NCBI GenBank assembly: GCA_046590295.1
Contig: JBKJTZ010000108.1
Location: forward strand, 985-64,984
Source: Lacunisphaera sp.
GTDB lineage: Bacteria > Verrucomicrobiota > Verrucomicrobiia > Opitutales > Opitutaceae
Reading direction: 5' to 3'
Length of the DNA: 64,000 nt
The position numbers were made by a program, and so were the translations under genes. How positions within the stretch are numbered: the first letter of the stretch is position 1; each line of letters opens with the position of its first letter. Positions 37,278 through 47,036 of the stretch are shown in pieces. The notes below the pieces were generated by a model. That model saw only the letters and a program-made list of their open reading frames with translations. It made no database searches and was not told the origin of the DNA.

Positions 37278-38221
37278 CCTCGCCGCTGGTCAGCATCATC
37301 ATCCCGTGCTACAACGCCGGCCCCTGGCTCGCGGCGACGCTGGAGTCGGCGCTGGCGCAGACGCACGCCCCGACCGAGATTCTGGTCATCGATGACGGTT
37401 CCCGTGACGATAGTCTAGCCGTCGCGCGATCCTTCGCGCCGCGCGGCGTCCGCGTCGTGAGCCAGGCGAACGCCGGCGCCAGTGCCGCGCGCAACCACGG
37501 CCTCCGGCTGGCGTGCGGAAAATTCATCCAGTTCCTCGATGCCGACGACCAGATCTCGCCGGACAAGATCGCCGCTCAGCTCGCCTTTCTTGCTCCCGAG
37601 AACGCTGACACCCTTGCCACCTGCCAGTGGGGCCGGTTCCAGGCCGACCCGGCGGCGGCGCTATTTGTCGACACTGCCGTCTTCCGCGACTTCGCCCCGG
37701 TGGACTTCCTCGTGCTCGCCGGCGACACCGGCGCCATGATGCATCCCTCCTCCTGGTTGCTGCCGCGCGCCGTGGCTGACCGCGCCGGCCCTTGGGACGA
37801 GACCCTCTCGCTCAATGACGACGGCGAGTATTTCTGTCGCGTGTTGCTGGCGAGCGCCGGCATGGCATTTTGCCCGGAGGGTCGCAGTTACTATCGCTCC
37901 GGTTTGAGCGGCAGCCTCAGCCAGCAGCGGGGCGAGCAAGCCCGCCGTTCGCAGTTCCGTTCGATCGAGCTCATCACGCAACAACTGCTGGCCGCAGAGG
38001 ACTCACAGCGCACCCGCCAGGCTGCCGCCAATTACTACCAGCGTTTCATCCATGACTTTTTTCCGGCCCCCGCCGAACTCATGCAGCAGGCCACCGCTTG
38101 CGTGACGTCACTGGGGGGCGCCACACTCGGGCTGCCCCCGATGGGCCCGCAGACCGCGTTGCTGGCCCGCATCATTGGCTGGCGTAATGTTTGGCGCCTC
38201 AAGCATCTCCTTTCCGCATGA
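37274..38221 (+). CDS. Glycosyltransferase family 2
   Basis: ATGA overlap. VSIIIPCYNAGPWLAATLESALAQT, LVIDDGSRDDS and FLDADD. Confidence 0.8.
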   Translation: MTSPLVSIIIPCYNAGPWLAATLESALAQTHAPTEILVIDDGSRDDSLAVARSFAPRGVRVVSQANAGASAARNHGLRLACGKFIQFLDADDQISPDKIAAQLAFLAPENADTLATCQWGRFQADPAAALFVDTAVFRDFAPVDFLVLAGDTGAMMHPSSWLLPRAVADRAGPWDETLSLNDDGEYFCRVLLASAGMAFCPEGRSYYRSGLSGSLSQQRGEQARRSQFRSIELITQQLLAAEDSQRTRQAAANYYQRFIHDFFPAPAELMQQATACVTSLGGATLGLPPMGPQTALLARIIGWRNVWRLKHLLSA

Positions 38222-39456
38222 AGCGCATTCTCATCCTCACCTCGGCCCACCTCTGCCGGAATCCGCGCGTGGTCAAGGAGGCCACGACCCTCGGGGCCGC
38301 CGGCTACGACGTCACGGTGATGAGCGTCTCCGTGCAGGAGCGCTTCGAGCGGATGGACCGCGAGCTGATGCGCGGCCTGCCCTTCAAGCGCGTGACCCTC
38401 GACTACACCGCAAGCACGGTGCGCGCGCGCCTCGCGGATTTCGTCCAGCGCGGCGCGACCTGGGCCGCTCGCCGGCTGTGCCGCGGGCTCGGGGTCGAGA
38501 CGGCCCAGACCCTCGGTCCGGCCGGCGCGCTGCTCCGGCTCGCACGCACCTTCCCGGCCGACCTGACCATCGTGCACACCGAAATCCCCCTCTGGGCCGC
38601 CCAGCACCTCATCGCCGACGGTCGCCGGGTCGCGGTGGACATGGAGGATTGGTATTCGGAGGATTTGCTGCCGGCCGACCGGCAGAGCCGGCCCAACCGC
38701 CTGCTGCGGCACGCCGAGGAATTCGCCCTGCGCCACTCGGCCTACACTTCCGCCACCGCCCAAAGCATGGCGGACGCGCTCACGGCCGCCTACCAATGCC
38801 CACCGCCCATCGTGATCCGCAACAGTTTCCCGCTGCAGCCGCAATCGCGGGCCGACACGCCCGCCACCGCTGGTGCGCCGCGCTTCATCTGGTTCTCCCA
38901 GACCATCGGCCCCGGCCGCGGGCTGGAGCTTTTTTTGTCCGCCTGGGCGCGCACGGCCCGGCCCAGCAAAGTTCACCTGCTGGGCGAGGTGCGGGACCAT
39001 TATCGCGCCCAGTTGCTGGCCCTGCTCCCTCCCGCGCGCCGCCCCGACCTGGTCTTCATTCCCCCGGTCGCTCCCGCAGAATTGCCGGACAAGCTGACCG
39101 AGTTCGACATCGGCCTGGCCCTCGAGGCCCGCACCCCGCCCAGTCGGGATGTCACCATCACCAACAAGATCCTGCAGTATCTGAATGCCGGGCTAGCCAT
39201 CATCGCCACCGACACCGCCGGCCAGCGCGAAGTCATGCAGGCCGCTCCCGGGTGCGGCCTGCTCATTTCCGCCAGTGACCCGGCGAAACTGGAGTCCTCT
39301 CTGGACGCCATGATTGGTGACCCAAGCCGCCTGAGGTGCATGCAACTCGCCGCCCGGGCCGCTGCGGCCGATCAATTCTGCTGGGAGAAGGAAGAACCCC
39401 GCCTGCTTGCCTTGGTCGGGCGCGCCCTCGCGGCGCCGCCAGACGCGATCCCATGA
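38218..39456 (+). CDS. Glycosyltransferase, GT-B fold (GT4/GT1-like)
   Basis: ATGA overlap. The N-terminus is MKRILILTSAHLCRNPRVVKEA. The C-terminal half has ...NKILQYLNAGLAIIATDTAGQREV. The family call is tentative. Confidence 0.55.
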   Translation: MKRILILTSAHLCRNPRVVKEATTLGAAGYDVTVMSVSVQERFERMDRELMRGLPFKRVTLDYTASTVRARLADFVQRGATWAARRLCRGLGVETAQTLGPAGALLRLARTFPADLTIVHTEIPLWAAQHLIADGRRVAVDMEDWYSEDLLPADRQSRPNRLLRHAEEFALRHSAYTSATAQSMADALTAAYQCPPPIVIRNSFPLQPQSRADTPATAGAPRFIWFSQTIGPGRGLELFLSAWARTARPSKVHLLGEVRDHYRAQLLALLPPARRPDLVFIPPVAPAELPDKLTEFDIGLALEARTPPSRDVTITNKILQYLNAGLAIIATDTAGQREVMQAAPGCGLLISASDPAKLESSLDAMIGDPSRLRCMQLAARAAAADQFCWEKEEPRLLALVGRALAAPPDAIP

Positions 39457-40733
39457 AGCGCCGCCTGCTCATCGTCAGCCCGCATTTTCCGCCGGTCAAC
39501 GCGCCCGACATGCAGCGGGTGCGGGTGAGCCTGCCCTATTTTGTCGAGGCCGGCTGGGACGTGACGGTACTGACCGTCGCCGACCCGACCCCCACGGCGC
39601 CCGTGGAGCCGGAGCTTGATCGCACCGTGCCGGCCGCCGTACGGGTTGAACGAGCGCATTGCCATTCCCGGCGCTGGACCGGGTGGCTGGGCGTCAACAA
39701 TGTCGCGCTGCGCTCGCTGCCCTTCCTTTTCCTCGCCGGCTGCCGGCTGCTCACGGCCCGACGATATGACGTGGTCTATTTCTCGACGACCATGTTCATC
39801 GTGCTGCCGCTCGGCCGGCTTTGGCGAATGCTGTGCGGCGTGCCCTACGTCATCGACCTGCAGGATCCCTGGGTCACGGACTATTACGAGCGACCGGGCT
39901 CCCCTCGCCCCCCGGGTGGGTGGAAGTACCGTGTCGCCCGGTGGCTCGGCCATGCCCTGGAGGGCTGGACGATGCGCGGGGTCTCCCACCTCATCACCGT
40001 CTCTGCCAGCTATGCCGACACGCTGCGTGAGCGTTATCCAGCCCTTCGCGCCATGCCCGTCACCGAGTTGCCTTTCGGCTCACCCGACCCCGATCTGCAG
40101 CATCTCCGCGCAACTCTCGCCACCCGCCGGTTGATTTTGCCGGTGGGTGGGCTGCGGCTGGCTTTTGCCGGCGCCATGGGTCCGGGCATGCTGCCGGCAG
40201 TGGAGGTTCTCTTCGCCGCGATGGCCGCGGTGCGTCGGTCCGGCGTGCCGGTGACGGCTCATTTTTTCGGCACCAGCTACTCACCGCAGGCGCAGGGCCG
40301 GCCCGCCACGCTTGCTCTCGCCGCGCAATATGGTTTGTCGGACTGCGTACACGAGCAGCCCGACCGCCTCCGTTATTTCGACGCCCTCCAGGTGACGCTG
40401 GAGGCGGACGCCAACCTGCTGTTCGGCTCAACCGACCTGGCTTTCACGCCTTCGAAAATTCTGGCCGTGCTCGCCGCCGGCCGGCCCGTGCTCGCCCTGG
40501 CGCCCGCCGGGAGTGCGATGGTGGCACGGCTGACCCAGCTGGAACAGGCGAGCGTAACCTTTCCCGCCGCCGGCCCCGATGCGGCCTCCGTGCGGATCAC
40601 CGCGGAGCAGCTGCAGGCGCTTGCCGATGGCCAATCAAAAGCCCCCGCCCCTGTCGCCCATGCCCGTTTCAGCGCCCGGGCGGTCGCCGTCCGACAGCTG
40701 GATATCTTGGAACGCGTCGCTCTGTCCGCCTGA
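39453..40733 (+). CDS. Glycosyltransferase-like protein, GT-B fold (tentative)
   Basis: ATGA overlap. The N-terminus is MKRRLLIVSPHFPPVNAPDMQRV and the C-terminal part has ...PSKILAVLAAGRPVLALAP. Confidence 0.5.
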   Translation: MKRRLLIVSPHFPPVNAPDMQRVRVSLPYFVEAGWDVTVLTVADPTPTAPVEPELDRTVPAAVRVERAHCHSRRWTGWLGVNNVALRSLPFLFLAGCRLLTARRYDVVYFSTTMFIVLPLGRLWRMLCGVPYVIDLQDPWVTDYYERPGSPRPPGGWKYRVARWLGHALEGWTMRGVSHLITVSASYADTLRERYPALRAMPVTELPFGSPDPDLQHLRATLATRRLILPVGGLRLAFAGAMGPGMLPAVEVLFAAMAAVRRSGVPVTAHFFGTSYSPQAQGRPATLALAAQYGLSDCVHEQPDRLRYFDALQVTLEADANLLFGSTDLAFTPSKILAVLAAGRPVLALAPAGSAMVARLTQLEQASVTFPAAGPDAASVRITAEQLQALADGQSKAPAPVAHARFSARAVAVRQLDILERVALSA

Positions 40734-40744
40734 GCGCAAGCCAT

Positions 40745-42196
40745 ATGGAATTTGTCAGCCCCCAGCCGCAGCCCAATGAGACCATCATGGATTACTCGAT
40801 CCTCGGCGGCGTCCATGCGGAACGCGGGCGAAAACTTTTCCTCGTAGGCTCGACGATATTGGCCGGGGCCCTGGTCTATCTCGCTTACCAGTCGGATGTT
40901 GCAGACATCCAGCATCTCTATCTCGGCCTCATCATGTTCACCCTCGCCGCCGTTCCGTCCCTGCTCTGGGCGCGCGGGGGCGGGAGCCGCTTCCCGGTCT
41001 TTGAAACCATCCTGATCCTGACCGCGAATGCCTATGCCATGCCGGTGCTCAACGGGCACGAGCAGCTGGCCAACTACACCCCCGACGTCATCACCCGGGC
41101 CAGCCTGACGGTGATCTTCTATCAACTATGCGCCATCATCACCTATCAATCCGTGCGCGGTGTGCCGGGCCGCTCCACGTTTTGGCGCGAATCCCTCATC
41201 AACCAGCAGGCGGAAAAGCTGATGGTCTACGGCTTGGTCACCTCCACCGCGTTTATCGGCATCAGCACGTTCACGGACTGGGTGCCTTATGAAATGATGA
41301 GCGTCCTGCGGGCGGTATTTTTTGGTATCAGCACTCTTTGCACCTTCGTGAGCACCCAGCGGTGGGGTCGGGGCGAACTGACCCAGACGGAAAAGACCGT
41401 CATGTTCTGCACCCTTTTACCCCAATTGATTTTCATGTGCGTGGGCCTGATTTTGATCGGCGCAGTCAGCCTGATCGGCATCGGCCTGCTGGGCTACCTG
41501 TCGGGTGGCAAGCGTATCCCTTGGGTGACGCTCGCGGTGACCTTCGCCATTCTCGCGGTGTTGCACACCGGCAAGACTCCCATGCGGGAAAAGTATTGGG
41601 AGGGAAAGCTGCCCTCCCCGACCCTGAGCGAACTGCCCGCGTATCTTTCCGAGTGGGTTGGGTATGGCCTCGAACCCACGAGCGGCGGCAAGTCGGTCAG
41701 CCAGAAGATGCTGGAGCGCACCTCGCTCATGCACATCCTCTGCCTCATCATCGACTACACGCCGTCCCGGCAGAATTATCTCTACGGGAAAACTTACACC
41801 TATGTGCTGCCCCAGCTCGTGCCCCGGCTCTTCTGGCCCGACAAGCCCCGCTCCCACATCGCCACGTATGAACTCGGCATCTATTACGGACTCCAGGATG
41901 AGGATGCCACGGAGAAGACCACGATTGCCTTCGGCCTGCTGACCGAGGCCTATGCCAACTTCGGGATAGTTGGCGCCGCCCTGCTTGGAGTCTTCTGGGG
42001 TTTCTGGCTCAAGAAACTGCAGATCTGGTCCACCTTCAGCCCGATGTTTTCCTTTGCCGGCCTGCTCATGGTCCTGCTCACCGCCTGGGCCTTCTCCGCC
42101 GAGCTGACCATGGCCGCGTGGGTCTCCTCCTTCGAACAGGCCGTGATCGTTGTCCTCGGCCTGCCATTGGTCCTCCGCAGCCTCTTCGGCCTCTGA
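40745..42196 (+). CDS. Polytopic membrane protein, candidate repeat-unit polymerase (Wzy-like)
   Basis: 483 aa with at least 10 hydrophobic segments and a large loop (KTPMREKYWEGKLPS...). G+C looks lower than in the flanking GT genes, as is typical for wzy. Function is inferred from context only. Confidence 0.45.
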   Translation: MEFVSPQPQPNETIMDYSILGGVHAERGRKLFLVGSTILAGALVYLAYQSDVADIQHLYLGLIMFTLAAVPSLLWARGGGSRFPVFETILILTANAYAMPVLNGHEQLANYTPDVITRASLTVIFYQLCAIITYQSVRGVPGRSTFWRESLINQQAEKLMVYGLVTSTAFIGISTFTDWVPYEMMSVLRAVFFGISTLCTFVSTQRWGRGELTQTEKTVMFCTLLPQLIFMCVGLILIGAVSLIGIGLLGYLSGGKRIPWVTLAVTFAILAVLHTGKTPMREKYWEGKLPSPTLSELPAYLSEWVGYGLEPTSGGKSVSQKMLERTSLMHILCLIIDYTPSRQNYLYGKTYTYVLPQLVPRLFWPDKPRSHIATYELGIYYGLQDEDATEKTTIAFGLLTEAYANFGIVGAALLGVFWGFWLKKLQIWSTFSPMFSFAGLLMVLLTAWAFSAELTMAAWVSSFEQAVIVVLGLPLVLRSLFGL

Positions 42197-42204
42197 TCCA
42201 CGGC

Positions 42205-43380
42205 ATGCGCCGCCTCGCCATCGTCCTCTCGCACCCGGTGCAATATTACAGCCCGTGGTTCCGCTGGCTGCGCGCCCGGACGGCGCTGGAATTCCGCGTG
42301 TTCTATCTATGGGAGTTCGGGGTCACCGCCCAACGCGATCCGCAGTTTGGCACCACCTTCCAGTGGGATGTCGATTTGCTGGCCGGCTACGAATCGGAAT
42401 TCGTGCCCAATGTCGCCCGCGATCCCGGCACCCATCATTTCCGTGGACTCGACAACCCCACGCTCACCGCGCGGCTCGCCGCATGGCAGCCGGGCGCCGT
42501 GCTGCTCTTCGGTTACAACTGGCTCTCGCACCAGCGCGCCTTCTGGTGGGCACAGCGCACGGGGGTGCCGCTGATTTTCCGCGGAGATTCCCATCTGCTC
42601 GGCCGCGGCCGGTTGCCGTTCACGCGCCGACTGTTGCTGAAATTCCTCTACGCCCGCTTTGCCGCCTTCACCTGCGTCGGGGCGGCCAATCGGGACTACT
42701 TTCTCGCCCTCGGGGTGCCGGAAAGCCGGATGTTCTTCGCCCCCCACTCGGTGAATGCGGAGCATTTCAACCCGGCCGATCCCGCCCCGCGGGAGGCCGC
42801 AGCCACGCTGCGCCGCGAACTCGGACTCGACGGTCGCCGCGTCGTGCTCTTTGCCGGCAAGTTTTCCGAACGGAAGCAACCGGTGGAACTGCTGCAAGCC
42901 TTCCTCCAGGTCGCCACGCCCGCCGACGCGCTCGTCTTCGTAGGGGACGGGGCCGAAAAACCCCGCCTCATCACCCTCGCGGCGGCCGCGCCGGCGGCGT
43001 GCGTCCGGTTTTTGCCCTTTGCCAACCAGACCGCGATGCCCGCCCGTTACCTGCTGGCCGACATCTTTGCGCTGCCCTCCCGCGGCAGCTATGAGACGTG
43101 GGGTCTGGCGGTCAACGAAGCGATGCACCTCGGCGTGCCTTGCCTCGTGTCCGATCTGGTTGGCTGCCAGCGCGACCTGGTCCGGCCCGGCGAAACCGGC
43201 TGGGTCTTTCGGGCGGACGAACCCGGCGCCTTGGCCGCGACGCTTTCCGCCGCGCTCCGCACCCCGCCGGAGGACATGGACCGCCTCCGTCGCAATGCCC
43301 TCGCGACGATCGGCGGCTACACTTATCAGCAGACCAGCGACGGCCTGTTTCAAGCCCTTTCCAGCCTGCCGCCGGCCTGA
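42205..43380 (+). CDS. Glycosyltransferase, GT4-type
   Basis: In-frame ATG 42205. SRGSYETWGLAVNEAMHLGVPCLVSD. Confidence 0.75.
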   Translation: MRRLAIVLSHPVQYYSPWFRWLRARTALEFRVFYLWEFGVTAQRDPQFGTTFQWDVDLLAGYESEFVPNVARDPGTHHFRGLDNPTLTARLAAWQPGAVLLFGYNWLSHQRAFWWAQRTGVPLIFRGDSHLLGRGRLPFTRRLLLKFLYARFAAFTCVGAANRDYFLALGVPESRMFFAPHSVNAEHFNPADPAPREAAATLRRELGLDGRRVVLFAGKFSERKQPVELLQAFLQVATPADALVFVGDGAEKPRLITLAAAAPAACVRFLPFANQTAMPARYLLADIFALPSRGSYETWGLAVNEAMHLGVPCLVSDLVGCQRDLVRPGETGWVFRADEPGALAATLSAALRTPPEDMDRLRRNALATIGGYTYQQTSDGLFQALSSLPPA

Positions 43381-43383
43381 GCC

Positions 43384-44571
43384 ATGCGCATCACCATCGT
43401 CAACGGTTTCTTCCTGCCCGTGCCGCCCATCAGCGGTGGCTCCACGGAGAAATCCTGGTTCAACCTCGCCCGGGTATTTGCCGCGAAAGGCCATGACGTG
43501 ACGATGTTCTCCCGCCGTTGGCGTGGTTTCCCCGTCAACGAGATGAGCGAGGGTATCCGGCATGTGCGATTGAAGGGCTGGGATCACAAGCGCCAGCTCT
43601 GGCTAAACCTCCTGCTCGATTTCCTGTGGAGCTGGCGGGTATTCTTCGCCCTGCCCGCCGCTGACATCGTGGTGGTCAATACCGTCGCCCTGCCCGCCTG
43701 GCTCGGTTGGCTCAAGCCCCGGGCCGGCCGTGTCGTCATCATGACCGGCCGCATGCCGAAGGGCCAGTATCGCCACTACCGGCAGATCGCCCGCGTGCTC
43801 GCTGCCAGCACCTATGTCCGCGACCGCGTGCTGGACGAGAATCCCGCCCTCGGCGCGGTGATGCGCGTCTGCGGCTATCCGCTCGACTGGCAGCTGCTCA
43901 ACCACCCGGTCGATTCGACCCCGCCGGTCTTGACCGAGATCCAGCCCGGCGAAATTGTGATCGGTTATGTCGGCCGGATTCACCGCGAGAAAGGCCTGCT
44001 CCTCCTCGCCGACGCCATTCGCCGGCTCAGGGACATCCCCGGACTGCCGCCCTTTCGTGCGCTGCTGTGCGGCCCGGCGGATACCGTGCGCGGCGGCTCC
44101 GGGGCCGTGTTTCGCGGGCAACTGCTCAACCAGCTATCCTCCGCGATGCAGGCCAACCGGTTTCACCTGCTCGATCCGCAGTTTAATGACCGCTCCCTCG
44201 CGGGCATCTACCGCCGCATCGACATTTTTTGCTATCCCAGCCTGGCGGAAAAAGGCGAGACCTTCGGCGTCGCCGTGGCCGAGGCCATGGCGGCAGGAGC
44301 CGTGCCGGTCGTGTCCCGCCTCGCCTGCTTCACCGATTTCGTGCGTGATGGCGGCAACGGCCTCGTCTTCGACCACACCGGGAGCGACCCGGCCGCGGCC
44401 CTGGCGGCCGCGCTCGCGCAGCTGCTCACCGAGCCGGCCACCCGTGAACGGCTGGCCACCGCCGCCCGGCAGGACGTCCGCGCCTACGACTATGCCGAAT
44501 ATGCCGGGGCGCTGCTCGCGGACTTCGCACTGTTGACCGGCCCGGCAAAGCCCGCATCCTCCGCCCCGTGA
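43384..44571 (+). CDS. Glycosyltransferase, GT4-type
   Basis: MRITIVNGFFLPVPPISGGSTEK...EKGETFGVAVAEAMAAGAVPVVS. Confidence 0.75.
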   Translation: MRITIVNGFFLPVPPISGGSTEKSWFNLARVFAAKGHDVTMFSRRWRGFPVNEMSEGIRHVRLKGWDHKRQLWLNLLLDFLWSWRVFFALPAADIVVVNTVALPAWLGWLKPRAGRVVIMTGRMPKGQYRHYRQIARVLAASTYVRDRVLDENPALGAVMRVCGYPLDWQLLNHPVDSTPPVLTEIQPGEIVIGYVGRIHREKGLLLLADAIRRLRDIPGLPPFRALLCGPADTVRGGSGAVFRGQLLNQLSSAMQANRFHLLDPQFNDRSLAGIYRRIDIFCYPSLAEKGETFGVAVAEAMAAGAVPVVSRLACFTDFVRDGGNGLVFDHTGSDPAAALAAALAQLLTEPATRERLATAARQDVRAYDYAEYAGALLADFALLTGPAKPASSAP

Positions 44572-45119
44572 GCGATCCCTATCTCGGACAGAATTGCACC
44601 ACCCCCTACCCCCGGTCGACGGTGCTCCGCCGGTGGCTTTGGCTGTTTGTGCAGTCGACGCTCTTCCGCTGGAGCCCGCGCCCCTTGCACGCCTTCCGCG
44701 CCTGGCTGCTGCGCTGCTTCGGCGCCGACATTCCCGGTCCGGTTGTGATTTTTCCGACCGCGAAGGTTGTTTTTCCGCAAAACCTCTCGCTCGCGCCCCG
44801 CAGCATGGTCGGACCACACGTCAACCTCTACAATCTGGCCGCCATCCGGCTCGAATACGGTGCCAACCTCAGCCAGCACTGCCATCTCTGCGCCGGCACG
44901 CATGACTTCACGCGCTGGGCCATGCCGCTCGTCACCGCGCCTATCGTGATCGGCCGCAACGCCTGGCTTGGCGCCGATGTCTTCGTCGGTCCCGGTGTCA
45001 CCATCGGCGAACTGGCCGTGGTCGGCGCGCGCTCCGTGGTGGTCAATGATCTGCCCGCGCGGAAAATCTGCGTGGGCTCGCCCTGCCGGCCGGTGAAGGA
45101 ACGCCCAAATCCATCCTGA
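44568..45119 (+). CDS. Hexapeptide-repeat O-acetyltransferase (WcaF-like)
   Basis: GTGA overlap. The N-terminal part is RWLWLFVQSTLFRWSPRPLHAFRAWLLRCFGADI. It is followed by the LbH turns IGRNAWLGADVFVGPGVTIGELAVVGARSVV. Confidence 0.75.
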   Translation: MSDPYLGQNCTTPYPRSTVLRRWLWLFVQSTLFRWSPRPLHAFRAWLLRCFGADIPGPVVIFPTAKVVFPQNLSLAPRSMVGPHVNLYNLAAIRLEYGANLSQHCHLCAGTHDFTRWAMPLVTAPIVIGRNAWLGADVFVGPGVTIGELAVVGARSVVVNDLPARKICVGSPCRPVKERPNPS

Positions 45120-45123
45120 CGCG

Positions 45124-45903
45124 ATGCCCCTTTTGCGTCGCTGCCTGGAGAAACTGAGCCGCCGGCTGGTGCTCAGGCGCCGGCTGCCCGCCCGGTTCGG
45201 CGGGCGCAGACTGTGGGTCACGCCCGGCGCGGCGCTGGCCTATTATCATTCGCTCGACAGCCGGCGCTGGACGGACCTGTTCGACCTGGCGGAACACGGG
45301 GTGAATCCCGGCGATCACGTCTGGGACATCGGGGCCAACCTCGGGGTATTCGCGTTCTCCGCGGCGCATCGGGCCGGTCTTGCCGGTGGTGTGCTGGCGG
45401 TCGAGGCCGATCCTTGGCTGGCCGAGCTCCTTCGCCGTTCCGCAGCGGCCAAGACCGGGGCCGCTGCTACCGTGGAGGTGCTGTGTGCGGCCGCGGCGGA
45501 CGGACACAGGTTGGAGCTGTTCGCCACCCCCGGGCGGGCGCGCTCCGGCTCCCATCTCGCTTCATCGCCCGGGGCCGGCGACGACATGGTGGGTCCGACC
45601 GTTGCCGCCCATCCCGTCATCACGATCAGCCTGGACTGGCTGCTCGCCCACCGGCCGCCCCCCGCGGTGGTGAAGATCGACGTCGAAGGGGCGGAGCTTC
45701 CGGTGCTGCAAGGCGCCTCGACCTTGCTGGCGCGGCACCGGCCCCGGCTGCTGCTTGAAGTTTACGAGCCCAGCGCGGATGCCATCACGCGCTTGCTCCA
45801 CGGGCACGGCTACGAGCTGTTCGACTTCTCCGGATTTTGGGCCGGCCGGCGGCGGGTCGACCGTGCAGTCTATCACACCCTCGCCCTGCCCCGTCCGGCC
45901 TGA
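45124..45903 (+). CDS. FkbM-family methyltransferase (paralog 4)
   Basis: VWDIGANLGVFAF...AVVKIDVEGAELPVLQGA. Confidence 0.7.
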   Translation: MPLLRRCLEKLSRRLVLRRRLPARFGGRRLWVTPGAALAYYHSLDSRRWTDLFDLAEHGVNPGDHVWDIGANLGVFAFSAAHRAGLAGGVLAVEADPWLAELLRRSAAAKTGAAATVEVLCAAAADGHRLELFATPGRARSGSHLASSPGAGDDMVGPTVAAHPVITISLDWLLAHRPPPAVVKIDVEGAELPVLQGASTLLARHRPRLLLEVYEPSADAITRLLHGHGYELFDFSGFWAGRRRVDRAVYHTLALPRPA

Positions 45904-45908
45904 CCCGC

Positions 45909-47036
45909 ATGCGCCTTTGCCATATCGTGCCGAGCCTTGAAGAGCGTCATGGCGGACCATCTAAATCAGTGCGCGCACTCGCCAACCATCTGGCGGGCGT
46001 CGGGGAATCTGTCGAGCTGCTTGCCACGGTCGAGGCCGGTTATCCCGTGGCCAACGGCAACGACGCTGCGGCCATCCGGCTGTTTCCGCGCGTCTGGCCC
46101 CGCTGGCTCTCGCGCTCGCCGGGACTCCGCGCGCACCTGGGGCAGGAGGGGTTTGACTGCGTGCACCATCACTCGCTCTGGCTGCTGACCCTGAGCTATG
46201 CGCACGAGGCCGCCCGCCGCCGCGAGGTTCCGCTGGTGATTTCCCCCCGCGGCATGATGAGCGGCTGGGCCTACCGGCACCGCCTATGGCGCAAGGTCCT
46301 TGCAGATTACCTTGTGCACCCCGGTGCCCTGGCCCGGGCCGCCGGCTGGCATGCCACGAGCCCGGAGGAGGCCGCTGACATCCGGGCCCTGGGTTTCCGG
46401 CAGCCGGTGTGCGTGTCGCCCAACGGCGTGGACATCCCCGGCGACGCCGAGCTCGCCGCGGCCCGGACCACCTGGCTCGAGCTCTGCCCGGCGGCGCGCT
46501 CCCGCCCGGTCGCGCTGTTCTATTCACGTTTCCACCGCAAGAAACGGCTGCGCGAACTGATCGACCTGTGGTTATCCGTCCCGCGCGGCGACTGGCTGCT
46601 CCTTGTCGCCGGGGTGGCCGAGGACTACACCGTCTCCGAGCTCACCGCCGCGGTGGCGGCGGCCGGCGGGGCGGATAAGATCGCGGTCCTCGACGGCATG
46701 GATCGGCCTCATCCCTATGCCGTGGCTTCGCTCTTTCTCCTGCCCTCGCATTCCGAAAATTTCGGGCTCGTCATTGCCGAAGCCCTGGCCGCCGGAGTCC
46801 CGGCCCTCGTGACCGACACCACGCCCTGGACCGGGCTGGCGACCAGCGGGAGCGGCTGGTGCGTGCCGTGGGACCAATACGGGCCCGCGCTTGCCACGGC
46901 GCTCGGCACCCGGCCGGCCGCGTTGGAGGCGATGGGCCGGCGTGGCCGGGACTGGACGGCCCGGGATTTCTCCTGGGAAAAGGCCGCCCGCCTGCTCGCC
47001 GAATTCTACCGCCACCTCCACGATGAGCAGCCCTGA
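45909..47036 (+). CDS. Glycosyltransferase, GT4-type
   Basis: In-frame ATG 45909. PSHSENFGLVIAEALAAGVPALVTD. Confidence 0.7.
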   Translation: MRLCHIVPSLEERHGGPSKSVRALANHLAGVGESVELLATVEAGYPVANGNDAAAIRLFPRVWPRWLSRSPGLRAHLGQEGFDCVHHHSLWLLTLSYAHEAARRREVPLVISPRGMMSGWAYRHRLWRKVLADYLVHPGALARAAGWHATSPEEAADIRALGFRQPVCVSPNGVDIPGDAELAAARTTWLELCPAARSRPVALFYSRFHRKKRLRELIDLWLSVPRGDWLLLVAGVAEDYTVSELTAAVAAAGGADKIAVLDGMDRPHPYAVASLFLLPSHSENFGLVIAEALAAGVPALVTDTTPWTGLATSGSGWCVPWDQYGPALATALGTRPAALEAMGRRGRDWTARDFSWEKAARLLAEFYRHLHDEQP